DNA of 52,894 nucleotides, counting the filler, from Streblomastix strix (lineage: Eukaryota): NCBI GenBank assembly GCA_008636045.1. It is 3 parts of 3 records of this genome, joined end to end, with 100 filler letters (N's around TTAATTAATTAA, not from the genome) between each part and the next. Parts side by side here need not be neighbours in the genome. Positions count along the whole stretch, not along the records: positions 35,338 to 52,894 come from SNRW01000696.1; 2 more parts are not named here. The stretch is one strand, 5' to 3'. The position numbers and the translations under genes are program-made. A model generated the notes under the pieces. The model saw only the letters and a list, made by a program, of their open reading frames with translations. It searched no databases and was not told the origin of the DNA. Below, one piece after another: positions 36,570 to 51,711 of the stretch (position 1 is the stretch's first letter; every line of letters starts with the position of its first letter).

Positions 36570-37251
36570 TAGAATAGTTGAAGAGTATATTGTTGTAGTA
36601 GTTGATAAATATTGTATTGAACATGTACCATACAATAATCATTTGGTTGTAAATAATAATTGTGAAGTTGATTGACTGTAAATAGTTTTTTATTAATTTT
36701 ACTGTTATTTTATTTTCAATTCATAATAAACATTTATGTAAATTTATAAAAAAAATCTTCTAATTTAAAACAAGTGATTATATTTTATTTGATTTATTAA
36801 TTCTGAACCTGAAATATAATTTTATAACTGAATCGAAAATCGTTCCAATTTTTATTTTTCAATTTCTCATATGAATTCTCAAATAAAACTAAAGAAAAAT
36901 ATTTATTTATATACAAAATTCATTTTTCAATCTATTAAATACACTTCTAATTATTTTTAATTCGAATGTTAAACAAAAACGAATTTTTCTTTTTTTTTTA
37001 AAAAAAATCAATTTATAACGATAATTCAGATTTATATTCATAATTTTTTTAAAATATTTAACAAAAAATTTAATTTTAAATATTTTTGATATATTTTTTA
37101 CATTTTTATGCTATTTTGTTTATCAAAAAAAAATATAAATAAAAAATTTAAACATTTTTATTCTCCTGTTTAGTATTTTTCTATAATTATCAATTAATAT
37201 TTTGTATTTATTTCTTTTATATTTAACATTTATTAATAAATTTAGAAATAT

Positions 37252-40200
37252 ATGTCAGAAATATCTTAATATAGAATAAGATTTACTGAGGGTTAATAAG
37301 AGATAGTTTGTTGAACATTATTTGTAATTATTTTATTAATATATTTTCTAAACAGGTTACATATCAACCAAATTTAATTGAGATCTTTGAGAATTTTGGA
37401 TATTATTGCGTGATTTGTAGTTAAATACCTGCCAAAACGGAAAAAAATGAACTTCACACATACCTTGCAAAATTTGGAGATATTTAGTATAATTAAACTT
37501 CAAATTAATTTTTTTTTGCTTAATTAACATATTTATCATTTTTATCAGATTTTTTTATCTTGAAAATCCAAATGTAAACGAAACGAGATTAGCTTTAGCT
37601 TTATTCTCTAATCCAACAGCTTATGAGAAAGCGACATGTTAAAAGTAATTACATTTTTTCAAAGGATCATTCATTTCTATCGAAAAATGCAATACCAACA
37701 TGAAAAACTTTGTTAGAGCATATAATTATATAATATGTGAAAACTATAAAGAAGATAAAGATGAAATAATTATTATTGAAAATATATTCCAATGGAATAT
37801 AATAGAAGAAATTAGTGATTTTCTTATAGAAATATTAAATATGAGAAATTAAATACAAGAATTAGAAGGAAGATATCCAAAAATCTCTGCAAATGATCTG
37901 CTAATTTCAAAATTTGCAAGCTTAATTCTTTAATATTTAATTACTATATCTAGTGTGGCATCAAATAATATTATTAAATATAAGATCCCAGAGAATTTAA
38001 TAACATTTTTTGACACTCTTCCTATTTAGAATATCAGCCTTGAATATATTTATTTTTTGGAGTAGATGAGTTTTGAAAAATAAATATGTTTTTTAATGCA
38101 AAATACCAAAACAATGCAAATGTTATCTCGTCTACTTCTGCATTCAAATCCAGAAGTAAAATCAACTGCATTAATAACTATGTATAATATTTTATATTAA
38201 GATGGTTTAAGATTTGATAGGAAATAAATTCATCCATTATATTTATTTACAAAATAAGAAGGGATTATTTATTCAATCCATTAAAACTGTCTTTTAAATG
38301 GGGAGAATGATGAAATAATTAGAATGGCATCAATGATTCTTGGTTTATTGTTTCGTGCATAAGATATTCAAATAAACATAAAGACTAAATTAATTCAGCA
38401 ACTCAAAATAGAAATAATCAAATAATCTAAAACGAGTAATGTTATCAATGCTCTGAATATTTTGAATGGTCTTGCTATTAAAGAGTGTATGTTATGATAT
38501 TATTAGTTGAAACTTTATATATTTCATATTAATTTTATTATTTATCATTAAATCTTACAAATAATTTATTTTTCAGTTAATACCGAAGATATTGCTTCAG
38601 ATAATTTCATATAAATAATAGCACATCTTAGCTAATCACCTAATGAAGAAATAAAGAGCTAATTACTCGAGCTGTTATTACATTTGGCTGAAAATGGCAA
38701 TTCGGAATTGCAGAATTAAATAAGAAATTAAATTGATACATATGCATTCTTGGATTTAATTGGGGACGATAATATGGAACTCAGCATATAATCATTGAAA
38801 ATGACTGCATAGTGGAATAACAACAATGAATAGCTTTAGGATATTCTCAAATTAGCCAATAATTATGAAATATTTTCATAAAACTATATTGAAATGGATG
38901 AAATTTTAGAGGAAGAAATAATACCAAGATTATTTCTTCTTATATAACAGACAAATATTCAGCTTGTAGGTATAGAATAGAATCACAAATCAATTTCAAA
39001 GATTACAATTGGGCTTATAAATAGCATTTTCGTAATAATCACAGCTTTAACTGAATTTACCTATATTTTTAAGTTAGTATTCTCTTAAAGTATAATTCCT
39101 GAAGAATTAATTAATTTATTAAACAAATTAAACATTTAAAATGTAAAAGTAATTCATGTTAATGCATTATGCAATTTAATTAATTATTAAAATATCAATT
39201 TCAATCAAAATCTTGTTAAACTTGGGGCATTTCAAACTTTAACAAGATTTATTCAACATCCACTTGCAAAACTAGTTAATTTAGTTTTAAAAGCTTTATA
39301 CATCATGGTTAAATCTGAATTAATATTAGCAGCTTCAAATTCTGACAATTAATTAAATTATCCACAATACATTCCGCATCCTTTATTCTCAGTTTTATAA
39401 TAAGATGGAACACTTGAAGTTCTTTAATAAGATATTTTACATTAGATAAATAAAAATATATCATATCAACTGAAATACATTATTTGTTTGATATATAGAG
39501 GTTATCCTGCTCCATAATAATTTCTCTTTCAAGCAACTTAATCTTCAAAAAATGCATTTGAATAAATGTTGATTGATGAACCTGACATTGATAATGAAAT
39601 ATTTGCACTTAAAAATCTTGCTTTTCACCAAGACAATCATGAAGTGATGATAAAAAGTGGAGTAATTTAAGCAGTTTTTCATAACCCAAATTATTTATCT
39701 AAATATCAATAAGTTCATTTTATTGAATTGCTCTCAATTCTGATTGAAAATGGAAATTCTTCAATGCGTAAATCGATTAAATAAATTAATTTGTATTCTT
39801 GGGTTAATAGCTTGATTAAAAGAGATTTACCATCATGGTTATTCATTCCAAATGATTAGGAAATATATTAATTAAAATAATAAAGTGTTTATAGAAGTTT
39901 TATTTAAGATAGAAAAATATTAATATTATAGGCTTTTAGAAAAGAAACAAAATAAATGAAAATCATTTCCAAAATGCGAAATGATATCAGACAATAATTA
40001 GATTAATAAAATGATATAGAAAGTTAATTTGTGAATTAGAAAAAATAAAAATTTGATATGAAAATCGATGATTAAATTTTAAATGGCCAAGAATAACAAA
40101 AATAAAATACTTCTGAATAATAATTAAATAATTATAATAATAATGAAGAATAAAATAAATTTTAAAATTAAGAAGAGAAAATAATTATTAAAGAATATTT

Positions 40201-41830
40201 AGAGAATAGTTAAATTTAAAGTTAATTTGGAAAAGTTGAAGAAATGATTTCATTAATTATAGAAATAAATGACAATGAATTAAGATAAGGGGCTATGAAA
40301 ATTGTTAGAGAAATTATTTGTGAGATTCTTTTTAACTTTATAAAAAAGAAAGATGAAATTAAACTTTTATAATCATTTATACAATTAAATAACATCTTTT
40401 AAAGTGCTAATGATGAAACTTGCTTCAATTTGGTTGATTAATAATTCTGTTATTATCTGTTCTTTATTATTTAAGAATGCGAGAGAATAAATATACAATA
40501 ATTATTAACAATAGAGAAAATAATTTAGTTGGCTTCAATAATTGCATATAGGGGGGCATTAATGAGTATAAATCATGAATATAATTATTTTTATTTTTTC
40601 TGGAAAAATTCAAATTTATTATATATTATGAAGCATCAATTGGAATAAGAATTAAATAGTATATAATCAGATGAATAAATTATTGATCTTGAATATTAAA
40701 TATAATTATACTCTGCATTTGGATTAAGTTGTATAAATAAAAGAATTATTATTAATAATAATATATTCAAAAAAATTATATCAATCTTTGAAATTGAACT
40801 CAACTACTTCGTTCATAAATTAAAATAACAGTCAGATTAAATAAATTATTCTTCACCATGTGGTAATTTATTGAAAGATTAACCATTGAATATGTATACT
40901 ATTAAAGAAATAGAATAAATAAGAATATTATTAATTTCATTTGGAAATATTGAATTTCCAATGAATATGCTTGACAACAATTTCAATTATTAATTCATAT
41001 ATGAATCTATTATTCAATTAATTCACTTCAATTGTAGTTGTCCTCATAACCTTACTATTTATTCTAATTAATTTTTCACATCAAGACTGGTATAATCGTC
41101 ATTCTTTGCATTATCAAATTTAATTGGAAAAATTGAACAAAAAATTCTAAATAAACTCAATTCTACTCATAATCTTATCAATCATATATATAATAACATA
41201 CCATAAGTCATTAAGATGTAATTTTTAAATAATAATGATTATTTGAAATATTCAATCTTATAATAATATCATATGAATTTTATGCAAATGGTTAAATTGA
41301 AAAATGAAAACTGCGTATTTTAACTTATTTATTAATTAATAACTTCTTCGACTAAAATCTGCTCATAATTTATATCCTTTCCAAATCTGTTAATGAATAT
41401 AATTCAAATTATAAAAATTAAAGATATTAATAGATAGAGAAACAAGCAATTCTTATAATCATAATTTTATTGCTTGAAAATTATAAACAATGTCATCAAG
41501 AACAGTGCTAATGAGATTATAATTTGGATGATGAATTAAATGAATATTGCTCAATTATTTGCCTAATTGACGAGCTCTGCTGGTGGATAAGGCGATGAAG
41601 ATGATAATATTCTTTCAATTAGTGTTTAAAATCTTTTCAAACTACTTTAAACTGTAAATGGCTTTGAAAATGATAAAATTAAACAAGAATATTAAATAGG
41701 AATCAGAGAAAGATTAGAAATGGAAGGAATTAATGAAGAGAGCAATGATCTTTTATTCCACTCTGATGATAGGGAAAATCAATGTGTTTAATTTGGGGCT
41801 TTTTACTTGTAGTAAAAATTAAATATTTGA
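37252..41830 (+). CDS. ARM/HEAT-like lineage-specific family protein (paralog B), multi-exon
   Basis: ATG at 37252, introns near 37310, 37485 and 38487. LSRLLLHSNPEVKSTAL, LNGLAIKE, LIHFNCSCPH, EMEGINEESNDLLFHSD. Stop TGA at 41828-41830. Confidence 0.75.
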
Positions 41831-42728
41831 ATTTATATAAAATTCAAAATATCTTCATCTCCTTTAGCTTTTTTCTGTACTCACCATTTGAATTTATTAA
41901 TGTTATTTTTTTTTTAATTATTAATTCAATTTATTAGATTTGCTATTTAATTTCAATATTAACTTTGAAATGATGTATTGCACAATCGATATATATATTA
42001 CTTTAGAATGTTAGATGGAATGGTAATCAAGAAAAAATATATAAATGTATAAAATAAAGATTATTCGAGTTTAAAAATTAATTGTTCCATATATATAATT
42101 ATTAATTTATTTAATTTATCTTTTGTGAAACTATAAAAAAATAATAAAATTATAACCGTTTAACGTTCAATTTTTTTATTTATTTTATCTCGTTTATCTA
42201 AATCGAAGTTACATTTAAACATAGTTTAATATAAATTATTGCAAAATTGAATTCGAAATATATTTATCGCAAATAGTATACACGGCTTAATGGCCAATAA
42301 AAAACTTTCAAAATTTAAATTTCAAAATTTGCAAATAAGCTCATTAACAAAACTAAACTAATGTAATTATTTTTATTTATAATTAGAATTTTAATACAAA
42401 TTTTAAATAAATTTATTTTTTACCTTTCATTGTCAGCTCTTCAAACCAATTTTCTTTACTATTTAAAAAAAATCGTTTTTATCTCTAAAATTTTCTTTAT
42501 ATTTACATTTTTATTTGAATAGTTGCATTATTTACATTTTTAAATAATTTATCATACTATTTTTGAAATTTTTATCTTCTGGTATAATACAATTTGCATT
42601 TTTCAAAAATAAAATTAAATTTTAATCACATTTTTTGCTACATCTGGTATTTTTGTCATTATATTTATTATAATTTCATTTTTAATTATATATTTAATTA
42701 TATATTTAATTATATCAGCTGGATATAA

Positions 42729-45700
42729 ATGACATAAAGCTCTGAAATAATGAAAGGAGGTTAAGAATTGCCAAAAGAAAATCATCAAAGTCAAAAAGAA
42801 AAGGTTTACAAATTTAATTTATTAATTTCTACTAATTTTTTGAATATCCTTATTTTTAGCCAAATTTTTCCGTATTATTTGAGAAATTTGGAGATTATTG
42901 TGTGGTTTGTAGTAAAATTCCTGCCATTATGGATGAAAATGTTCTCCGCTCTTTCTTAACAAAATTTGGAGAAATATAGTATAAATTTTATTTCGTCATA
43001 TTTTATAAATCAAAATTGCATTTTTAATTTCTATCAGATATTTATGGTTAGAGGAACCAAACGGGGAAGAGCTTCGTTAATCTTTAATCATCTTCTCAAC
43101 TTAAGAAACTTTTTAGAAAACAATTTCAGACAAAATTCACAATTTCAATGGGATATATATTGAGCTTGAACCATGTAGTGTAGTATTGAAAAACATGAGT
43201 GGAAATATGCTTTTTATAAGCCAATAAGAAGATGATATTGAGCTTAAGAAATAAAAAATCAAAATTTTATCTTAAGAAGGAATAATTTTGAAGATTAAAA
43301 TAGTACTCAAAAAAATAAATAAGGAAAGAGAAGAAATTAAATCCGGAGAAGGAAACATTTTTGAATTGCCATCAAATGATCTCTTACTCACTAAGTTTGC
43401 ATGTGATATCCTTAATTAGATAATTTCTGTTGATCCATCAACTGCAAATGAACAAACATGCCAATAAGTATTTCCATAGGAATTGATTAAACTCATTGGT
43501 TCAATTCCCTTACATTAAGTATGTCGTTCTCATATACAAGTGCTTGTGGAATTATCCTTGCATTTAAAAGACTAAAATAAATAAGATATGCTTAAGAATA
43601 AGGCATTACAGACTTTATCTTAATTACTTCAACATTCAAATCTTGATATAAGGAATGATGCTCTCACAACTATGAAAAACCTAATTTAAACATAAGAAAA
43701 CGAAATTAATAAAAGATCTTTGCATCATCTTTTCAAAGAGTTAGAATAAGATGGCACTATTGATACTTTAGCTTAGAGTGGTCTACTTAATGGAAATACC
43801 GAATTAATGAAGAATAATTCAGCTTTAATTATAGGTATGTTATATCGCGCATTAGAAATGAAGCCAGATTTAAGGAAAATGCTGATAGATTATTTAAAGA
43901 AAGGAATTAAAGAAGAGAACGAATAGAATAATATTTCAGATTTACTGGATATTCTGAGTGGACTTGCAATTAATAAAAGTATGCTTTGATGATGTCAATT
44001 ATTATATTATAAATAAATGATATAAAATTGAAAGTAAAACTAATTTATTTATATATTATTTTTTCTTCTCATATTTTTATATGTTAATTAAGCAAACATA
44101 CCTGATATTGTATCTGATAACTTTATCTAGACAGTTGCATAGTTTGTAAAGTCACCTAATGAAGATATTAAGTACAACTCTCTTGAACTGCTCTTACTTA
44201 TTACTAATGCAAGAATCAAAGAAAATGATTAATTAATCCAGAATCTTATTGGGGATCTCAATTTTATTGTATTGATAGGATAGAAAAGTTAACTAATTGA
44301 TATGCTGGTGCTTAAGAAGTAATTAGAATGGAATTCAGATAATGAATAACTTAGTAAGATGGATCAGCTTTATCAAATTCTTAGCAGATTATCCAATGAA
44401 TAGGAAGAGTTGCAAATTCAAACATCAAAGTAAGAAATAATACCACTAATCGTTCATCTATTAATAAATGCCAATGTGATGATCATTAAATAAGAACAGA
44501 AATAAGAACAATTTCCTCTTTTATCTCTTGGGATAATTAGCTGTTGCTGCTTTGTTATAGCTCAGATAATTATAATAAATAAAAATACTGCACTCGATTT
44601 TCTTGGAAGCCAAATCCCTAAGGTTCTGTTTAATGTGCTGAACCACCTTCCAGTATCATTATGCAAGAATGTTCACATTCAGGCTATGTTCTACCTTACA
44701 AACAACAGCAGCTTTGCACTCATTAATAAAATCGAGTAGCTTGGAACTATTTTAGTGATCAACAGGTTCCTAAAACATCCTTCTTCATCTATATTCAAGA
44801 CAATGGCTGTTACGTTATTTAATGTCCTTAATGTTTTTTCGTCGCTTGCTACATAGAAAACCAAGTTTCCAGCTGAATTGCCAAATTTTTCCAAATACCC
44901 AATATTCGATGAACTTCAAAATGATGATGTTCTTAAGTTTTTAGGAGAAAGAATAGAAAGTATAAATTAAGATGAAGAAACAGTATTAAATTTATGCTTT
45001 ATTTTAACACTTGTTTATAAAGGGCATGAATTCCCATCTCATTTACTTCCAATGGTTATTTCTTCACTGGAGAAATCAATGAAAAGTAAATCGTAACAGA
45101 AATAGACAATTCTCAAAGAAATAAAGTCACTCCAATATTTAGCACTCAACTAAGAAAATCATAACTTAATAATGAGCAGTAATATCGTTGGAACCGCATT
45201 GAATTGTGTGCGATATTAAAGCTTATTAGAATTTTCTAAAGCAATTGAAATTGTTAACTTATTATTCGAAGTTGGTGATGAAGAAACAAGAAAATTAATC
45301 AGATATTTTATCAGTGTAGATAGCCTTCAAATGTTAACAAACCGAAACGATCTAATAGAATTGTTCAACCTGTCATAAAATATTGAGAATAAAGAGAAAA
45401 GATTTGACTCGTTTGAATAATATAAAATGAACAGGGAAAACTTCACATTATAAGCATGGTAGTTGGAACCGTAGAAGATGGAATAGTTGTCAAAAGTGAG
45501 AAATGAAATACAATTAATATGTGAAGCTTAGGATAATTAAATATTTTAATAATCTGGTATGGACAATACAAGAAAGAAGAAGTAAGATTAAGAAAAATAA
45601 TTAGAGAAATAATAAGAAGAATAAAAATAAGAAAAAATATATGACTAAGTGAAATTAAGTAATCGGTAAATTAAAAAATAAGAGAAAAATAAAATAAAGG

Positions 45701-48700
45701 AAATTTAAAATAAAAACTTGAAAGACTAATAATCAATTTTAAAAGGAAAAAATATAATTTGGCAAGGTGATAAAGACAGTTTAAAAATTAATAAAATGTA
45801 AATATAATATAAAGAAAAATTTAATGAAAAAAAATAAGAGAAAGAATATGAATAAGAATAAGAATAATAGAAAGAATAATAATAAGAAAAATAATAAGAA
45901 TAAGAACAAGAGAAAGAGTAAGAATAAAATTTATTAAAGAAATAATTAGAATAAGAAAAAGATTTTGATAAAAAATAAGAATAAGAAAAAGAATAAGAAG
46001 AATAGAAAGAATAAGAGAAAGATAAAGAATATGAGAATGAATAAAAATATGAGAAAGAATAAGAGAAATAATAAGAATAAGACTAAGTGAAAGAATAAGA
46101 AAAATAATAAGAATACGAAAAAGAATTAGAGAAAGAACATTAATAAGAATAATAGAAAGTAAAAGATGAAAATTAAGAGAAAAAATAAGAATAAGAACAA
46201 TAATATGAGAAAGAATAAGAAAATGAATAAAAATAAGAATAATAGAAAGTAAAAGATGAAAATTAAGAAAAAGAATAAGAAGAATAGAAAGAATAAGAGA
46301 AAGATAAAGAATATGAGAATGAATAAAAATATGAGAAAGAATATGAGAAAGAATAAGAACAAGAGAAAGAATAAGAATAAGAATAAAAGAAAGAGCAATA
46401 ATATGAGAAAGAATATGAAAATGAAAAAGAATAAGAGAAAGAATAATAATAATTGAAAGAATAAGAGAAAGAGAAAAAATAAGAATAAGAAAATGAATAA
46501 GAAAATGAATAAGAAAAAGAATAAGAATAAGAGAAAGAATAAGAGAAAGAGTAAAAGAAAGAATAAGAAAAAGTATAAGAATAGTAGAAAAAATAAAAAT
46601 AAGATAAAGAATAAAAATAACAGAAATAATAAGAATAAGAAAAAGAATTAGAGAAAGAATAAAATATAGATTAAAATTTGGAGAAAAAATAAGAAAAATA
46701 AAAAGAAGAAGAAAAATAAGTGAAAGAATAAGAATAAGAAAATGTTAAAGAATTAGATAAAGAATAAGAGAAAGTATAAGAGAAAGAATAAGAATAATAG
46801 AAATAATAAGAATAAGAGAAACAATAAGAGAAAAAATAAGAGAAAAAATATGATAAAGAATAAGAGAAAGAATAAAAGAAAGAATAAGAGAAAGAATATG
46901 AATAAGAGAAAGAATATGAATAAGAGAAAGAATAAGAATAAGAATAAGAGAAAGAATGAGAGAAAGAATAAGAATAAGAATAAGAGAAAAAAGAATTATA
47001 AGAATAAGAATAAGAGAAAAAATAATTATAAAAGAATAAATAAAAATAAACAAAAAAATAAATAAAGGATATAGATAAATAAAAGATAAAAGAAAAACCC
47101 AATAATTAAATTAAAGAAAAAGATTAAGATAATAAAATTGATAACTTGATAATTATTAGAGATAAAATTAAAGATATATAGAAAATAATTAATGGAATGA
47201 TATAAATTGTCTAAGAAGTAAAAGATAAAGAACTTGCCATTGGAGCAACAAAATTAGTAAGGGAAGGAATAAACATAATTCTGTTTGAACTTGCTAAATC
47301 ATGGAAAGAGAAATAACTTTGCGAGACAATTGACTAATTGAAACAAATAATTGAATCGGTCGATGATGAAACATGCTTTAATCTAATAGATGAGCATATT
47401 TATAAATGCTTGGATTTCATAATGTAAAAATGTGATGAAAGCAAAACATAATAGCTATAAATAAAAGAAAAAATAATGTCATTAGCTGCCTCAATTGCAT
47501 ATCGTGGAATTTTAATGGGAAATTATAATTAATTTAACCCCTTCTTCAAATTTATAATAAATTCAGGTATGGTTTTATTGTTACAATTGAATCTGAACAA
47601 TGAATAATTAGACAAAAATTTGGATGAAATAATGAAGAACTTATAATTGAGTATAAGATTATAAACTGCCATCTTAATATGCTGTATGAATAAAATGTAT
47701 GAATGCTCTGAAAATAATCTTAATTTCTGTGCAAAAGTCTTTGGAGATAAGATAAATTTGTTCATACAAAATATAACAAAGCAATAAAATAATGTGAAAG
47801 AATCTATTAAGAAAAAGAATAAGAAAACTGAAATTTTAATTCAGATAAATGATAATGAAGTTGATATCACAACAAAATGTCTTATAGCTTTGGGGAGTTT
47901 ATCAATTTACAACAGCAATGCGTTATTTCTAATTAAAAAGCACAAAATGCACGAGTCAATTCTTCCATTCATTCACATCAATTGCAATTGTCCGCTCAAT
48001 ATTCCAATCCATCAAAGTGTTTCCATACAAAAACTTGTCTCTGCATCTTTATATGCACTTTCTAATTTGCTTGAGCCGTTGAATGAATAAGATTTATATT
48101 AATTCTGTGCTAGAAATAATCTTTTCAACCATATCTCTCAATAAATAATATCAAGTTCTGAATCATTTTAAAACAATTCTTCAATTAAATAATCTTCCTC
48201 AAGTAAACAAACTTCAGTTCAATCAGGACTTGCATCTATTATCATTACCAAAGAATTAGTTCATCTTCTTCTTGTAATGCGCCATTCTGTATTAATTTCA
48301 AACCAAATCATTTAGAAGCAAAATATAATTGGAAGTTTAGTTAGGCTTGTAAATTGCAAAGATGTATAAAATTCAAACTCATAAACTGTATCTCAGCTAA
48401 AATTTAATTGCTTCTAAGTAATATTCAATATTAATAAGCAATACAATGTTTATTTAATTTAGCAGCAGATTCATGAACAGAATTTGATTAAGATTGTTGG
48501 AAACATGATCAGCACGCCTAGTGGCAATAGTAATGAACCAGATTTCATAATAGCAATCAATCTGGGAATAATATTTAAACTGCTTATGAATCTAAAGGAC
48601 AAATTCAAACAGCAAAAAGCCTAACAGTTGCATGAAGAAATGACTTATAAGATTGAAGAGGAAGGTTTGACAGAAGAAGAAGACGCATTAGCTTTCAACA

Positions 48701-48768
48701 CCGATTGTGTGGGAGATCATAGTGTTTGTTAGATGGCCATTTGCGTAAAGGCTATATCATTTAATTGA
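42729..48768 (+). CDS. ARM/HEAT-like family protein (paralog C) with large E/Q/K insertion; in-frame TGA at 46957, possibly a pseudogene
   Basis: ATG at 42729, exon layout like paralog B. LSQLLQHSNLDIRNDAL, LSGLAINK, PFIHINCNCPL, IEEEGLTEEEDALAFNTD. Terminal TGA at 48766-48768. Confidence 0.72.
45580..47130 (+). repeat. Low-complexity coding repeat (gaa/taa/gag/aaa) giving a Glu/Gln/Lys-rich coiled-coil-like tract
   Basis: Frame 1 reads EQEKEQEQ... for several hundred codons. Confidence 0.9.
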
Positions 48769-49229
48769 TTAAGCTTTATGTTATAAGTGTGGCTTGTTAT
48801 TAGTTATTTAAAAAAAAAATTTCAAAAACTTATTAAACAGGTATTATTAATAAACTAACGATTAAGAGTTTTAAAATTATAATTATCTTATTGTTTTTTT
48901 AATTAAATTTAAATTTTAACAAGTGGAATATGAAAATATTTCATTAAAAATAAAAATTTGATTTTTCGCACTAATAAACAATAATAATGCATTAATATAT
49001 ATATTTTCTATTTAATTTTATGTGTGTGAATAATTTATTATCAATCTATTTAGACGCCAATTTACATTGGCCAACAAATTGCATTTACGGAGTTTTTTCA
49101 ACAAAATACTAACAATTCATTCTTTTATATGATAAATTATTTAAAATTAACATAAATATTTACAAAATCATATTTATAATAAAAATTTATTTTATTTAAA
49201 TAAATTCAGATTTGATTACATTAAAATAA

Positions 49230-51711
49230 ATGGAAGTGGAATAAAACGAGTGGTGGTTTGGAACAGACCTCGATTTTACAAATATTGATGAGCAAAGTTT
49301 GACAAACTTAAGAAAACTTGCTAGTGATACCGCAGATTTCATTGCTAAATATATAACAAGCAATGTAAGCTTTATTTTATTTTATTTTAATTATATTAAT
49401 ACTAATTTTTATTCAATAGAATATAGAACCATTGAAAGATGATGTATTAATTGCTCTTGAAACAACAGAAGAATATGCTTAGGACTTTGCTCAGCGTACA
49501 ATTGAATATTTTTCTTCAAACTTTAATAATGTTTGAAATTTTAAATTTCAAATGTTTTTTTATTTTTTCTTTACTACTATGAATTTTTAGAAATCTTCAA
49601 ATTCCGATGTAAATGAAAATAAAATTGATGTTAAATAATTATAATGCACATATTACGCTTCTGATAAAACTGGTAACGCTTCTGAGGATTTGAATCATAT
49701 TGAATTAATAATTAATTAAAAAGATAAAGAAGAAGTAAAGGTGAATGAAGAAGTTTGCTATTTTCTATTAATTTAACCTTATTTTTATTTTATGATAATT
49801 TCTTTTAATTAATGATTATTTATAACAAAACGTTATTTATTTTAGTAAAATTAAATTTTGGAGAATAAAACTGAATAAATCTCTCCATCTAAACAACATA
49901 TTGACATTCTTGCATTAATTCGCTCAATTCCAGAGTAGGTAACCATTGAAGAAAAGTTAATTATAGCAAAATTTCTTCACAACTACATTCTTAATTGTGA
50001 TGAAGATTATACACTATATCAGATCAACAATGCATTGATGTCTGAATTAAATTTACTAATTGATATGACTGAAACAGAATTATCTAAAGAGCTTCTCCTA
50101 ATTGTAAATTCAATTTCAGAGATTGGGGCTGAAATGAATGCTCATTAAGAACATAACAAATTCTTCAATGAATTTAATGATTCTGGATTAAATAAAAAGA
50201 TTTCTGATATTCTTTTATAGTAACTGAAGAAGAAAGAATAGCATAATGAAATTAATGAGTTTTCTTAATTTGAAATAAAACTAATATAAATTTTTTCCTT
50301 CATTAATAAAGATAATAAAGTTTAAGATTCAAATATTCTTGATTTTTGTGGCTAGGTTATATAATTTCAAGTTTCAGGACTTATTTAAAAGATATAATAA
50401 TAAGAAGAAAATGAAAAAGAAAATCTAAATCAAGAAATATAAAATATGAGAGAAAATCAAATCTAAGAATAATAAATTTAGAAAGAAAATAAAATTTAAG
50501 AATAATAAAATGAAAAAGTAAATCATATTAAAGAAAAACAATTCGAAAAGGGAATTCTCTTTCAGCAAAATGAAACTTCAGAATATCTTCCAATTGAAAG
50601 AAATTCAGAATAACTGAAGAATTAAATATAAATTGAAACAGATTTAATCGAAACATCGAAAACTTTGTCTTCATTTTCAAAGCTTATTGAAGATAATGAT
50701 AACAGAGAATATTTTATCAATATTAACACTCATAAATAGATAATTCCTCTTTTGCATCTGTAATGCCCATCAAGCTTGAATTGCGAGCACAGATTTAATC
50801 TTCCATACACATCTGCAGTATAAAAACTTCAATTTGCCATATTTACTGTAATTTCACAGTTTGCTCGTATTGATGATTAATTTTCTAGGTTTATCTTGGA
50901 CAAGCATTCAGCATTCCAACATATAGCTCCACTTATTATATCATTCATTAATTCATATAATTCTGATCTAATCAATAGAATATCACCTGCGCCAAGCTCA
51001 AGTTAACTTCTGTCTTCAGGATCAATTTCTGATTCTGTAATATCATTAACATCAAGTTCTAATAAATAATTATCCCAGTCATCAAAATCAATCTCTCCTT
51101 CATTTCCAATTCCAACTTCTGATTTTATTCCATCTAAAATTGTCCTCACTGGTGCGCTTTAGCTGTTTCATTATCTTCTATAGGGAAATCCTCTTCTAAT
51201 TCATCAATCATTAAAAACTCCACATCTCATAACTTCACTGGTCACACTCTGCAAATTCGAAAGAAATAAACTTTAATAGAAATATTAATAACAGGAATCA
51301 TTTAACCTTAGGGATTGGAGCAATGAGTGTTTGATAAGGATTTTGATGTATTGTGACTAATAAAGCAAAAAGAAGATAATATTTGGGTATAAATATCTTA
51401 AATCTACTATTGAAGGGATTGTTTGCTGTAGTGAAAATGTACAGGAGAACGAATAATCTATAAAAAGTGAATTGGAGAGCATATCAAGTGTTATCTACAT
51501 TCTCAGAAGCAAAACTGTGTATTCTCCATTAAATCTGGTGTTAATACATTAGATTGGCGAATAAATAGATGAAGAAGGAAGCTTAGAAGAGATTGATTCG
51601 CATTAATTTCATCAGAGACAAAATCTGGTTGATGCAAATGATTGGAAAGCTGGTTTGACAATTAAGATGATTTTGAATGCTAAGAATGAATAAATAATTG
51701 AAGATGATTGA
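49230..51711 (+). CDS. ARM/HEAT-like family protein, shorter divergent member (paralog D), multi-exon
   Basis: ATG at 49230, three introns before 49850. IPLLHLQCPSSLNCEH, PHLITSLVTLCKF, IDEEGSLEEIDSHQF. Stop TGA at 51709-51711. Confidence 0.72.

Noticed and set aside
46126..47102. Phe/Leu-, Ser/Tyr- and Lys/Asn-rich ORFs resembling membrane or basic proteins
   Set aside because: Shadow frames of the E/Q/K coding repeat in paralog C.
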